The notes below the pieces were generated by a model, which saw only the letters and a program-made list of their open reading frames with translations, was not told the DNA's origin and did no database searches. Of a DNA stretch of 64,000 bases, positions 9,432-18,375 are shown one piece after another. Every line of letters begins with the position of its first letter. Positions within the stretch are counted from its first letter, which is position 1. The DNA is from Candidatus Poribacteria bacterium. Its GTDB lineage: Bacteria; Poribacteria; WGA-4E; JAJDTR01. The stretch lies in NCBI GenBank assembly GCA_965222225.1, contig CBDCTK010000002.1, positions 4,218,126 through 4,282,125 of the forward strand, written 5' to 3'. The position numbers and the translations under genes are program-made.

Positions 9432-9617
9432 TCACTCCTTGTTGATTAGTGGTTTCACTGCCAAAGGGCTTGTCCTTTTCGCAGTTTCCCAAACCGAAGC
9501 GTCAAAAAAGCCCGCATCATCTCGATCTGCTTTAGTGAGCCAATGGTTCCTGACCACGTTCGCCCTAAAGTCTATTACATTCTGATAATGAAAACTGAAG
9601 AACACTCTGCGCGCCAT
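9432..9617 (-). pseudogene. Truncated ThsB-like TIR gene. Only the N-terminal ~61 aa remain.
   Basis: MARRVFFSFHYQNVIDFRANVVRNHWLTKADRDDAGFFDASVWETAKRTSPLAVKPLINKE closely matches the ThsB/DUF1863 N-terminal half as I recall it (RVFFSFHYQ.VIDFR.NVVRNHW ... FDAS.WE.AK). The conserved TVVLIG..T...W..YEI C-terminal half is missing. The TGA stop lies inside the ribosome-binding site of the membrane gene. Confidence 0.5.
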
Positions 9618-9803
9618 GGTAATCGTCCTCTTCACGTCCTTGAAGTTTTCTGTTGGGAATTCTGAGAATCATGCGCTGGTCGGATTGCCGGAAACATGTC
9701 AAGCTAGAATGAAAACAGTATAAGAAAGGCTAACTCGGTGGTTCAGGTCAATAGGTTTTGCCAGGGGGAATCACGGAGAACCAGATTGCCCAAAAAAAAC
9801 GTA

Positions 9804-10115
9804 TCACCGGACAGATCTTCTTTTTGTGCCAGACATATTCTTAACAGTTCCACTGACTTCTTTTGTTTTCATTGCTTCAATCGCTTCGGGCATGTCCTTT
9901 TGGGGGACCTGCAATACCTTCTGCGGCTTCTTACTATCTTTCAACCTTTGAGCGGCTTTTACTAATTTCTGTTTCTCACCACTGCGTTCGATTTCCGTGG
10001 CTCTATTTTTGGTTTGGGCATCAAGCCGACGGCCACCTTTAAGAGGGGCTTCAGTCTTGCCACTTTTGCCTGCTGCCTTCGATTTTGCCCTTCTGTGGGC
10101 GTTTGATTCTGCCAT
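9804..10115 (-). CDS. Highly basic hypothetical protein.
   Basis: 103 aa rich in Lys and Arg, on the same strand as the island. Confidence 0.3.
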   Translation of the reverse strand: MAESNAHRRAKSKAAGKSGKTEAPLKGGRRLDAQTKNRATEIERSGEKQKLVKAAQRLKDSKKPQKVLQVPQKDMPEAIEAMKTKEVSGTVKNMSGTKRRSVR

Positions 10116-10514
10116 TTGATTCGCCTCCTGTTAAAAGATGTTCATCATTGCCTACAACTCACGGCTATTGTGCGATTGCCCTAACTTCTGAGATCGGAGC
10201 AGCCATACTTGCCAAACGACCGAATATTTCGGTGATTCAAAAAGTCTTGTTAATTCTTCGGTGTGGAGTCGATTTGCCGCGGGAAACGACAAGGTAAGAT
10301 CAAAGTCTTGCATCTCTTCCACTGCTTTTTAAAGTTTGTTTAAGTTACAATCGTATGTTACCCGATGTGACTTGGGAATGCAAGTCGAAATCGGAGTTCA
10401 TCGCCATAATTTGTACAAAATGTTAAAATACCCACGACATGTAGAAGATTGGATCGTTGGGGTGTAAAAACTAGACCTGAGGGGATTGCTCTTATCCGTA
10501 CCTCACGCCTGACC

Positions 10515-10570
10515 CTTCAAACACCTCGCCTTACTCAACCGCGCCTCGACAAGATTCACAACCGCCTCAT
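10515..10570. repeat. 56-bp copy (55/56 identical) of the 3' end of the methyltransferase gene, which lies at 14692-14747. Same orientation.
   Basis: cttcaaacAcctcgccttactcaaccgcgcctcgacaagattcacaaccgcctcat matches 14692-14747 (...aaacTcct...). Similarity ends abruptly on both sides. Confidence 0.7.
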
Positions 10571-10803
10571 GCATAGTGCGATAACCGAAGAAGGGAGGCA
10601 GTGGGAGGCAAACCCTTTTCCCGATAATCAGGGCGAGGGTAGATTGCTATCCACTCAGTTGATTGTTGGCTTGATCTGTCCTGCCGGCAGTTGGGTAGCG
10701 TAGGCGGTTTGCGGCACACGGGGGTTACGGCACACGGGGAGTGCCTACTACAATGATGCCACTTAGCGCCGTGTATTCATTGATAATGTGTTGACCGGAT
10801 TGG

Positions 10804-11235
10804 TTAGGGAGCTGGAAGTGTTTTCGCATCAACTATGAAGAACACAAAAACCGTGAAGGCAATTTCCAACAAATAGAAGATTACGAGCGTGACTGAAAAG
10901 ATTGCCGATAGCCAGTTACATTTCGGTTTGTTTCTGTGTTTGAGCGGATCCATCTGAAAGTCAGTGTCAGATTGGATTCTGATGTCGTCGTAGACTTTTC
11001 GAAACAGTCTTTCCTGCCAGAGGAAATATCCGTCAAGAATCCCGAAGCCTAGAACGGGAAGAACAAGCGCCAAGACAAAATACGGGTTTTGTACATCGTG
11101 CTTAGCGATGAGTGCCATCGCCGCGATAATAAGAGCTAGGCTCCAAGTTTTGACCCACAAGCTGTTGCGTCCTAGACGGTCAATCACGGCTTGGATTATT
11201 TTCAAGTGTTCTACGACTTTTTCTGTGCCATTCAT
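10804..11235 (-). CDS. Small integral membrane protein, paralog B. Candidate toxin or effector (PanT-like?).
   Basis: 143 aa with 3 predicted TM helices. It is a paralog of 4789..5178 and lies 181 nt downstream of the Panacea-domain gene. Confidence 0.5.
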   Translation of the reverse strand: MNGTEKVVEHLKIIQAVIDRLGRNSLWVKTWSLALIIAAMALIAKHDVQNPYFVLALVLPVLGFGILDGYFLWQERLFRKVYDDIRIQSDTDFQMDPLKHRNKPKCNWLSAIFSVTLVIFYLLEIAFTVFVFFIVDAKTLPAP

Positions 11236-11415
11236 GGGCTAATCCTTCAACACGAACACTTGAAATCTCGTGGCGTCTTTAGGGTTAATTCTCTTTCGAG
11301 CGTTCACTACTTCAAGAAGAATCGTGCCTAGTTAGCCACAGGCGGATACTTAACGCAAGGCAAAATACACGCCAGTCGCTGGGAATTGTTACTTCCCTTG
11401 CGGCAATGTGGATTT

Positions 11416-11970
11416 TCAAACAGATATAAGGGAAAGATCTTCAAGAAACGAACATACCTTTTCGATCTGTGAATTATTGAGATTCCATCCATACTCTTGA
11501 GCGATTTGTCGAATCTGCTCTGTTGTGGTACTTCTTTGCTGTTTGACAATGTAACAAACTTTTGCAGCGATTGAGAGCATGTTAAAATCGTGCGCCAATT
11601 TTCCCTTGTTCAGCGTGTGAAGTTCTCTCTGCCAATCCGTATATCCAGCCTCCTTTCTTATCTCCATCATTACGATGTCTCCATCAGGAGTTAAAGAATA
11701 CGTATGGCGGCGGATCTCGCCAAAGATATTCTGATCTGATTCAAAAGTCTCTTTTTCCTCGTTCAGGAAACGTGCGTTGACGAGAATATCCAAATTTTCT
11801 GCAACTAAACTGCTATAAGGCCCATAGTAGTGTGGGCGGAACCCATAGTCGACTCCCTTTAATTCCGAAAGAAAATAAAGTTTCTTTTGGAGGATAGTTC
11901 GCCCCTGAAGGCGTTTACCTTCCTCATTTCCAATGATAAGCAAAATCAAGTCTTGAATGTGCATACACAC
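11416..11970 (-). CDS. Panacea-domain (DUF4065 / SocA-like) protein. Putative antitoxin.
   Basis: ILQKKLYFLSELKGVDYGFRPHYYGPYSSLVAENLD matches the Panacea core (LQKLLYF...G...GPYS). Confidence 0.45.
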   Translation of the reverse strand: MCMHIQDLILLIIGNEEGKRLQGRTILQKKLYFLSELKGVDYGFRPHYYGPYSSLVAENLDILVNARFLNEEKETFESDQNIFGEIRRHTYSLTPDGDIVMMEIRKEAGYTDWQRELHTLNKGKLAHDFNMLSIAAKVCYIVKQQRSTTTEQIRQIAQEYGWNLNNSQIEKVCSFLEDLSLISV

Positions 11971-12009
11971 TCCTTTTTTTCAGGGACAATGTCCCTTGAC
12001 TCTCCCTTG

Positions 12010-13335
12010 TTAGAGATTAAGCAGAATATCTTGAAGCTGCAATTCATCTTGTTGTCTCTTCCAACCCTCCGGCGGGACATAAACTTGAATGGTTACCAAG
12101 TCAGTTGCATCAGAGGGCAGGCGGGCTAAAATGATCTCATAGTCACTAAGTTTTCTTAAGTCACCTTGCTTTTCATCGAAAATTATAATCGCTTCTGGAT
12201 CGAGGCTATAGCTTTGACTTCCGTAGTTGGGGTTCCGGATGTGGAGCTTGTTAACAATTACATCATCGGGGTCGATTTCAAGATCTTCTGCAATTCGTCT
12301 TTCCCATTTCCGTATTTGCTCACCATCTGCTTGGTGGAGTCGTCTGTTGTCTATCGGATTCTGTATATTGTTTAATGATAATTCACCAATCATCTTGAAC
12401 AATCTTCTTTCATAAAGTCGTTCAAATATGTTGCGGGCATTTGCTTGGGCGCACCCTTTTAGGATATCAATCAGCCGTTCGTCATGATACCTCATGTAAT
12501 TTTCTATAAATTCGGATGTTCCATCATATTTGTAAAGTCGTTCCAGTTCCGTATTCTTCTCTCTGATCGCAAGTTCGATTCCGCGCACAATCATCGCATC
12601 AGAGATTGATCTTACCCGATGGTGATATACTTGTTGTGTCATGTGGTGTTTTGCAAGTAGAAGTTGTTCAAGGGCGAGAATACCTTCATCGCTAATTGCC
12701 AAAACTGATTCATGCCCTTTGTAGTGTACCTGGAATGACTCAATGATTTTCTCCAGATCGTAAATCCCATATTTTACGCCAGCGAAATAGGAATCCCGAA
12801 GTAGATAATCCATTTTGTCTGCATCCAGATCGCTGGAGACAATGTCACGCCGAAAGTCCTTCGTTGCCTTCCCTTTAATCATGTTAACGACGAAATCGCG
12901 TTCTTCATCACTAAGGATCGCGCAAATCTCAGTGTCATTGTTAACAATGTCAATTGTAACTTTCTCGTGGATTTTTTCCCGGTCTGAACCTTCACTCGCT
13001 TCGTTTGGTGCATGCTGATCCAAGAGGTATTCGGAAACGTGGCTAAACGGTCCATGACCAATGTCGTGTAGCAGCGCTGCAAGCCGAATCTGTTCGCGCT
13101 CCTTATCGGTTATCTTGAGCCGATTGCAGATATGTCCGGCGATGTGCATTACACCGATTGAGTGTTCGAAACGGGTGTGCAAGGTTCCGGGATACACAAG
13201 AAACGCCATCGCCAATTGGCGAATCCGACGAAGCCTTTGGAAAGCTCTGGTATTGACTAAATTAACTTCCTTTTCTGAGAGTGCAATGAAACCGTGAATC
13301 GGGTCTCGAATCTTATGCGCAGGTTTTTTCATCAA
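12010..13335 (-). CDS. HD-domain phosphohydrolase, dGTPase/SAMHD1-like.
   Basis: IRDPIHGFIALSEKEV..VNTRAFQRLRRIRQL ... TRFEHSIGVMHIAGHI ... LLHDIGHGPFSH. This is the classic HD motif with a dNTP-triphosphohydrolase-type N-terminus. Confidence 0.7.
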   Translation of the reverse strand: MMKKPAHKIRDPIHGFIALSEKEVNLVNTRAFQRLRRIRQLAMAFLVYPGTLHTRFEHSIGVMHIAGHICNRLKITDKEREQIRLAALLHDIGHGPFSHVSEYLLDQHAPNEASEGSDREKIHEKVTIDIVNNDTEICAILSDEERDFVVNMIKGKATKDFRRDIVSSDLDADKMDYLLRDSYFAGVKYGIYDLEKIIESFQVHYKGHESVLAISDEGILALEQLLLAKHHMTQQVYHHRVRSISDAMIVRGIELAIREKNTELERLYKYDGTSEFIENYMRYHDERLIDILKGCAQANARNIFERLYERRLFKMIGELSLNNIQNPIDNRRLHQADGEQIRKWERRIAEDLEIDPDDVIVNKLHIRNPNYGSQSYSLDPEAIIIFDEKQGDLRKLSDYEIILARLPSDATDLVTIQVYVPPEGWKRQQDELQLQDILLNL

Positions 13336-13583
13336 AGAAGGACCAGATTAAATTATACTATACTTATGTTTAGTATTTCAAGAAAATTTTGGAATAATTT
13401 AGTAACAGTGTATCATTACTCCTCCAGAAAGATAGGGGAACGACAGAACTAAACTCGTTGGCGATTTTTTGAACCGTGGATTAAAGCATTTTACGGATAA
13501 AGTCTATACAAGAAGGCGACCTGAATGTATCCTGTATAAAGAGCGTGTTCCGATATTCAGAGAAGTATTTGGTATTCTTCCGG

Positions 13584-14438
13584 TTAGGTGGTGTCGAGGA
13601 TATCTATCACCTTAAATACAGTGAGCACGAACCTACGAAATTGGTTTAGGTAACATTCTTGTTCGTCTCTTTGCCAGTCTTGTGGCAAAGCCTTGGGGTG
13701 ACCAGCCTCATTTCGGTTGAGACGATATATCCGGGCGATTCCTTCTAGCTTATCCCTGAGTTCACTTCGAAATGTTGAATCTGTAATTGGCTTGAAAATT
13801 TGGTTGACGTTGTCCGACAAGTAGCCTGTTAGTGCTGATATGCTTTGATGTTTGCCAATAGGCTCCTGATAATGGGCATCATGCCTAATAACTGCTTCTG
13901 CCAGACAATTGATAGCTCGTTCGGACGCTCCGCCTAAACAGATCACGGAGGAGATGTAGGAACCTTCTTGACAAGTTCGCAAACTCTCCAAATAGTATTG
14001 CCCAACGACGTAGTCAAGGTTGGGTATGTTCTCTTTGAGGGACTTGACTATGTCGTGAGCATCATCAAAAAGAATAAGTATGCCATTATGATCGTCAGAT
14101 TTTTCGCCAAGGGAGGTGAAGCAACAGCAAGGGCGGTTGGAATAACTAGGATCCAAAGCATCCATCAACAATCCCCGTCGCTTAAGTTGCGCAATCGCTT
14201 CATAGAATTTCAGAAAAAAACTCGGATCCTTGGTTTCTCCTTGAACTTCATTTTCAGCACATAATTGCTTTTGGAGATGGGGTAAAGAAAAGCGAATAGG
14301 TCCTTCTAATTGATTTCCTCGATTTTCGGCTTGTTTTTTCATGTCTTGCTCTATTCCTTTCACTAGACGGAAAACAAGCCTTGCAAGTTCAGCAACGGTA
14401 ATCTGTTCTCTCTGTTCTTGATTCAAAGATGATCGCAT
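13584..14438 (-). CDS. Hypothetical protein with a C-terminal Rx4H motif, possibly HEPN-like.
   Basis: IARIYRLNRNEAGHPKALP contains R-N-E-A-G-H, which fits the HEPN Rx4-6H signature. The rest is unassigned. Confidence 0.3.
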   Translation of the reverse strand: MRSSLNQEQREQITVAELARLVFRLVKGIEQDMKKQAENRGNQLEGPIRFSLPHLQKQLCAENEVQGETKDPSFFLKFYEAIAQLKRRGLLMDALDPSYSNRPCCCFTSLGEKSDDHNGILILFDDAHDIVKSLKENIPNLDYVVGQYYLESLRTCQEGSYISSVICLGGASERAINCLAEAVIRHDAHYQEPIGKHQSISALTGYLSDNVNQIFKPITDSTFRSELRDKLEGIARIYRLNRNEAGHPKALPQDWQRDEQECYLNQFRRFVLTVFKVIDILDTT

Positions 14439-14683
14439 TATATTCTCCCATTATAGATGCAGTATTGTTTCAGATCAAGCCAATATTTTTCTAGGCGGAA
14501 TAAAGTTAACATCAATTGGCACGGGTGGTAAATCTAGTGCTCTATTATTATGATAGGGATTCGGAGAACATACAGCTATCTACATTCGGTTCCTGACCTC
14601 GGATTGAAACACTATCGTACATTGGCACAACCTTTCCATAGCACGCGGTTCTAATCCATGTAATCTGTTAAATTCGTGATTCA

Positions 14684-17600
14684 GATAGACTTCAAACTCC
14701 TCGCCTTACTCAACCGCGCCTCGACAAGATTCACAACCGCCTCATAAACCCCGTCCCGTTCCCCTTGCGTGAGGTCGAGGGCATCAAAGACGATTGCATC
14801 AAGGGCGCGGCGGTCATCAGATGGTTCCAGCATCTCCCATGAAGATGATGCGAAAATGGCTTCATCGTCAAACACGATTGTCGTTGGGTCTAGACAAAAC
14901 AATTCCGCAACTTCATAGGTCTGTATTTTCAGCAATCCTCCGCCGAAATTGGAACGGCCAGCCATATTCACCATAAGTTGAAACAAAGATGAATTCACGG
15001 AGACACACAAACGCAATGTCAAGCCTGAATCCGTGTGTACCTCTTGAAAGTTGTCGCTTGCGAAACAACTGTCCGGAGCATAAAGTGTTCTTGCTGTTGA
15101 AGAAATCAAGTAGTTGAAAGCAAGGTGTGGAATCCGCCGTTGCCCCAAATCCCACCATCGCGCCCGACCTCGGCAACTCGGCCTCTCATCAAATTCTTGC
15201 GACTCACCCCACTCAATGTATTTCAGCGCTGCCGTGCCGTCCAAGTCTTCTTTGTCTTTCCCGCAGATAAACAGCTTAAACTTCAGCCGGCTTGGGTCGA
15301 TTAGGATGCTTTTGCATTCTCGCGGGCTTTTGATGACAGGATTCAGGAACTCCTCCTCGATTTCCCATTGACGGATGGCGTCGGCATCAAGGTAAAAAAA
15401 CTCGTTTGCTCCCGTCGTAAAACCACGTCGCACCTCTGCAACATCGCCCAAACGCACCAGTTTGTCCCTTCCCTTCTTCAGAATTGTCCAGTAGATGTCG
15501 GGTGCGCGGAGGTACTTGCCGCCCCACTTGTCGCCGGTGTACTTTGCCGTGGCAGACTTATCTGTGGTTTGATTATCTCCGCCTGATTCCAGGAGCGCGC
15601 GTTGGGAGACGGGGAAAATGCGGTGTTCTTCCGTGCTCTTTCGTTCACTAGTCTCCTCAACCTCCTCGAAAATAACCGGTGACAGCACACTCTCAAAGGG
15701 GGTTTTGAACATCACAAACCGTGCGATCTCATCTAATCCCGACCAGCGTTTTTCGTCGGGTGCGGAGAAGAGGCAGATGACGGTGTTCACATCGGCGGAG
15801 GCGAAGGAGCGCCGCGACTGGTTGTCAATAATCTGCTTGATGTGGCAGTGCTTGAGGAGGAATTCCTGAAGGTCTTTTCCGTAGCCGACATCCAGCCACG
15901 AATTGGAGGTGATGAAACAGAACGAGCCTTTCGGATTGAGGAGGGAAAGTCCGTGAAAATAGAAATAGATGTAGAGGTCGCTTTTGGCGTCGAGCTTGTG
16001 GGAGACAGCAGCGGCGGGGTTGTCCGGTTTGATATCCTTCTCGCGTTTGTACCCGAAGAAACGCGGGAAGGCTTGATACACGGCGCGGGCAAGTTTTGTT
16101 TTGTAGGCTTTCTTGTTAGCGGTTGTAATGTCTTCGCGCGGGAGCTTCGGATCAGCGATGTTCTCCTGCCGTACGTACGGCGGGTTGCCGATGACAATAT
16201 CGAATCCGCGTTTATCGTCGGAAAAGATTTCGACAAAGGCGATGTCCCAGACAAATGGCGAAGTAGGTGCGTTCGCGAGAGCGCCCCGTGCCTCTACAAG
16301 ACGGTCGTAGTCTATGGTCAACACCTCAATCTGTTTGCTCCATTCTATTTCTTGGCGTTTGAGTTTCTGGCTGGTTGTCTCATCAATTGTCCCTTCAATC
16401 GTGATCTGCTGTGCTTTGAGATCATTGATAAGCTCCTTTAGGTCGTCAATTTGCTTTTTGACATCTTCGGCGTGTGTATCCACGAGATCTCGGAAAAGGT
16501 TCAACTCTTCCTGTTCTAGCGCTTGTTTAGACCTGTAGCGACAGGTTTTGTCGTTGTTGAAGAATTTGAGTTTTTCAGTTTTGAGACGGGTGGTACGTGC
16601 TTTTAATGATCTCGGTATCCCACTGAAATCGGCGCGGATTTGGACGAGGTTCATGCCGCCGATTTCTTGAAGGAGGCCATCGCCGCATCGGATGTTGAAC
16701 GAGAAGTGCGGGAGGAGAGGCTCTATTCGTAATTGGAGTTCAGCGCGGGGAATATCGGCGTCAATGATGAGTGCCAGCCAAAGTCGCAGTTCTGCCACGT
16801 GGCACGCCCACTCCATTACGTCCACGCCGTAGAGATTCTTCCCGATGATGGCTTTCTTGCGATCGAAACTCAATTGTTCATACCCAAGTACGCGATTTGC
16901 TCTATCCTGCAGATCGTCAAGGATATGCAGCATCCCGACCAGAAATGAACCGGAACCGCAGGCTGGATCGACGACGGCGAGTCCTTTAAGACGCTCATCA
17001 AGCTGATTCCAGAGGTTCTTTTCTCGGAGTTGTTGATCTGCACGTGTTCTTTCGTCGGGTTCAAAGGCGAAAACGGCTTTGTAGAGGGCAGATTTATTTT
17101 CTTCTCCCAAGTGATTTGCCAGGTTGTCCACCAGCGCGTCGGCACATCAGGTCGATTTCTGTGCGAGGGGTGTAGAAGATGCCGGCATCACCCTGTTTAT
17201 CCGTCTCCTCCGAGACGTTGACCAGGCTCTCATACACCTTTCCAATCATCTCCGGATCGACGGCGACCTCTTGATCGAGCGGGCTGTCTTCGGCGATGGT
17301 GAAGTTGTAGCTTTCAAGGAAATTGAAAATACTCTTAAAGCGAGAGTCAGAGATTTGAAAGTCGTGTTGGCTGTCGAGGTCGTTCTCGGTGAACAGCCCG
17401 CCGTTGAGGTAAGGGGCTGAGGCTAACGCCCTTCGAATCTCGTCCGGGAAATGGCGGTGTCCGCCGTGGAATCTGTTATTGAACGCCTCAAAGAACATGA
17501 CGTTGAGCCAATGTTCAACGAACGAGTCGACCGGCTGATCTGTCGTCTGATAGGACTCCCAGAACGTCCGTAGAAAGTCGGTGTTGTCACCAAGCCAACC

Positions 17601-18287
17601 TTTCCGCTGGATGAAGTAGAGAAACATACAGCGGTTGAGAAACTGCAAAGCGTAATCGTGCGCCCATTGGTTGTCATCCGTCTGATCCGCCAAATCATCC
17701 TGCAAACGCTGAAAAACGGATTTGTAGGCGTCGAAGAAGCCTTTGGTAACGGCTTCAACGTCAAAGGCTTTGTCGTGACGGCTTTGAATTTCAAGCGGCG
17801 AGTCTAAGGATTCTGCATCCAGCATCGCAATCCGCTCTGAGGCGGTACGAAGTTTTTCACGCGGGCTAATCGTAATGCGGCGGTAGAGTCGGCGTTTCTC
17901 CGGATGTTCTTCGTCGAATTTGGCATTGACGAAGTGCCAGTCGGTTTGCTCCCGGTTGCTGAACATGAAAAGGGCGTAGGGGTAGTCTTTCAGGAGACGA
18001 GAGATGATGGGTCGTTCGGCGGTCAGGGGCAGGCGGTCCGAGTCGAGACGGGTATAGATGAGGTGAAAATCGGAGTCATTTCCGCCTGTCGCAAATAGGA
18101 GCGGGTCTTCAGCCGTGCGAGAAGTGTTTGACTGGTTCCTGTCGCCAAGGGAAATCGGGGCGTTTTGGTAATCGTAGTTCAATTCCGTACAGAAGAGTTC
18201 TCTGAGGGGTTTGATTCCGCGGAAGTTTTGGAGGATGTCGTGGATTCTTTGTTCGTCGGGGAGGTCATGTGGCATAGATGTTCTCAC
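14684..18287 (-). pseudogene. Roughly 1200-aa gamma-class N6-adenine DNA methyltransferase (Type IIG/IIL or PglX-like) split by a single-base frameshift into 397-aa and 816-aa ORFs.
   Basis: The upstream ORF ends with motif X (GIFYTPRTEIDLMCRRA). The downstream ORF, in another frame, carries motif I (VVDPACGSGSFLVG) and motif IV (VIGNPPY). The frames switch within 17120-17140, where TGA in the downstream frame lies at about 17137-17139. No homopolymer sits at the site. Confidence 0.65.
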
Positions 18288-18323
18288 AATGCATTTTTTT
18301 GTAAGTTGGGAGTCGGGAATCGG

Positions 18324-18375
18324 AGGGGATCTCTATCGCACTCCTTATTCAGTCGCTTGATCCGTCCTACGGTAG
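18324..18375. repeat. Partial copy of the dispersed repeat.
   Basis: ggggatctctatcgcactccttattcagtcgcttgatccgtcc. Confidence 0.5.

Noticed and set aside
10449-10703. 84-aa plus-strand ORF.
   Set aside because: It overlaps the orphan 56-bp repeat and a dispersed-repeat fragment. It is more likely non-coding. A 23-aa minus-strand mini-ORF (MHEAVVNLVEARLSKARCLKGQA), created by the methyltransferase-end copy, was also noted but not called.
15842-16441. 199-aa plus-strand ORF, with other short ORFs at 15114-16538.
   Set aside because: They are antisense to the methyltransferase coding sequence. They have low-complexity composition and no start context.
9804-18287. BREX system inferred from the PglX-like methyltransferase.
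   Set aside because: No PglZ (alkaline-phosphatase-like), BrxC (large ATPase), BrxL or BrxA/B genes are present. The neighbouring genes are HD, Panacea and unknown proteins.
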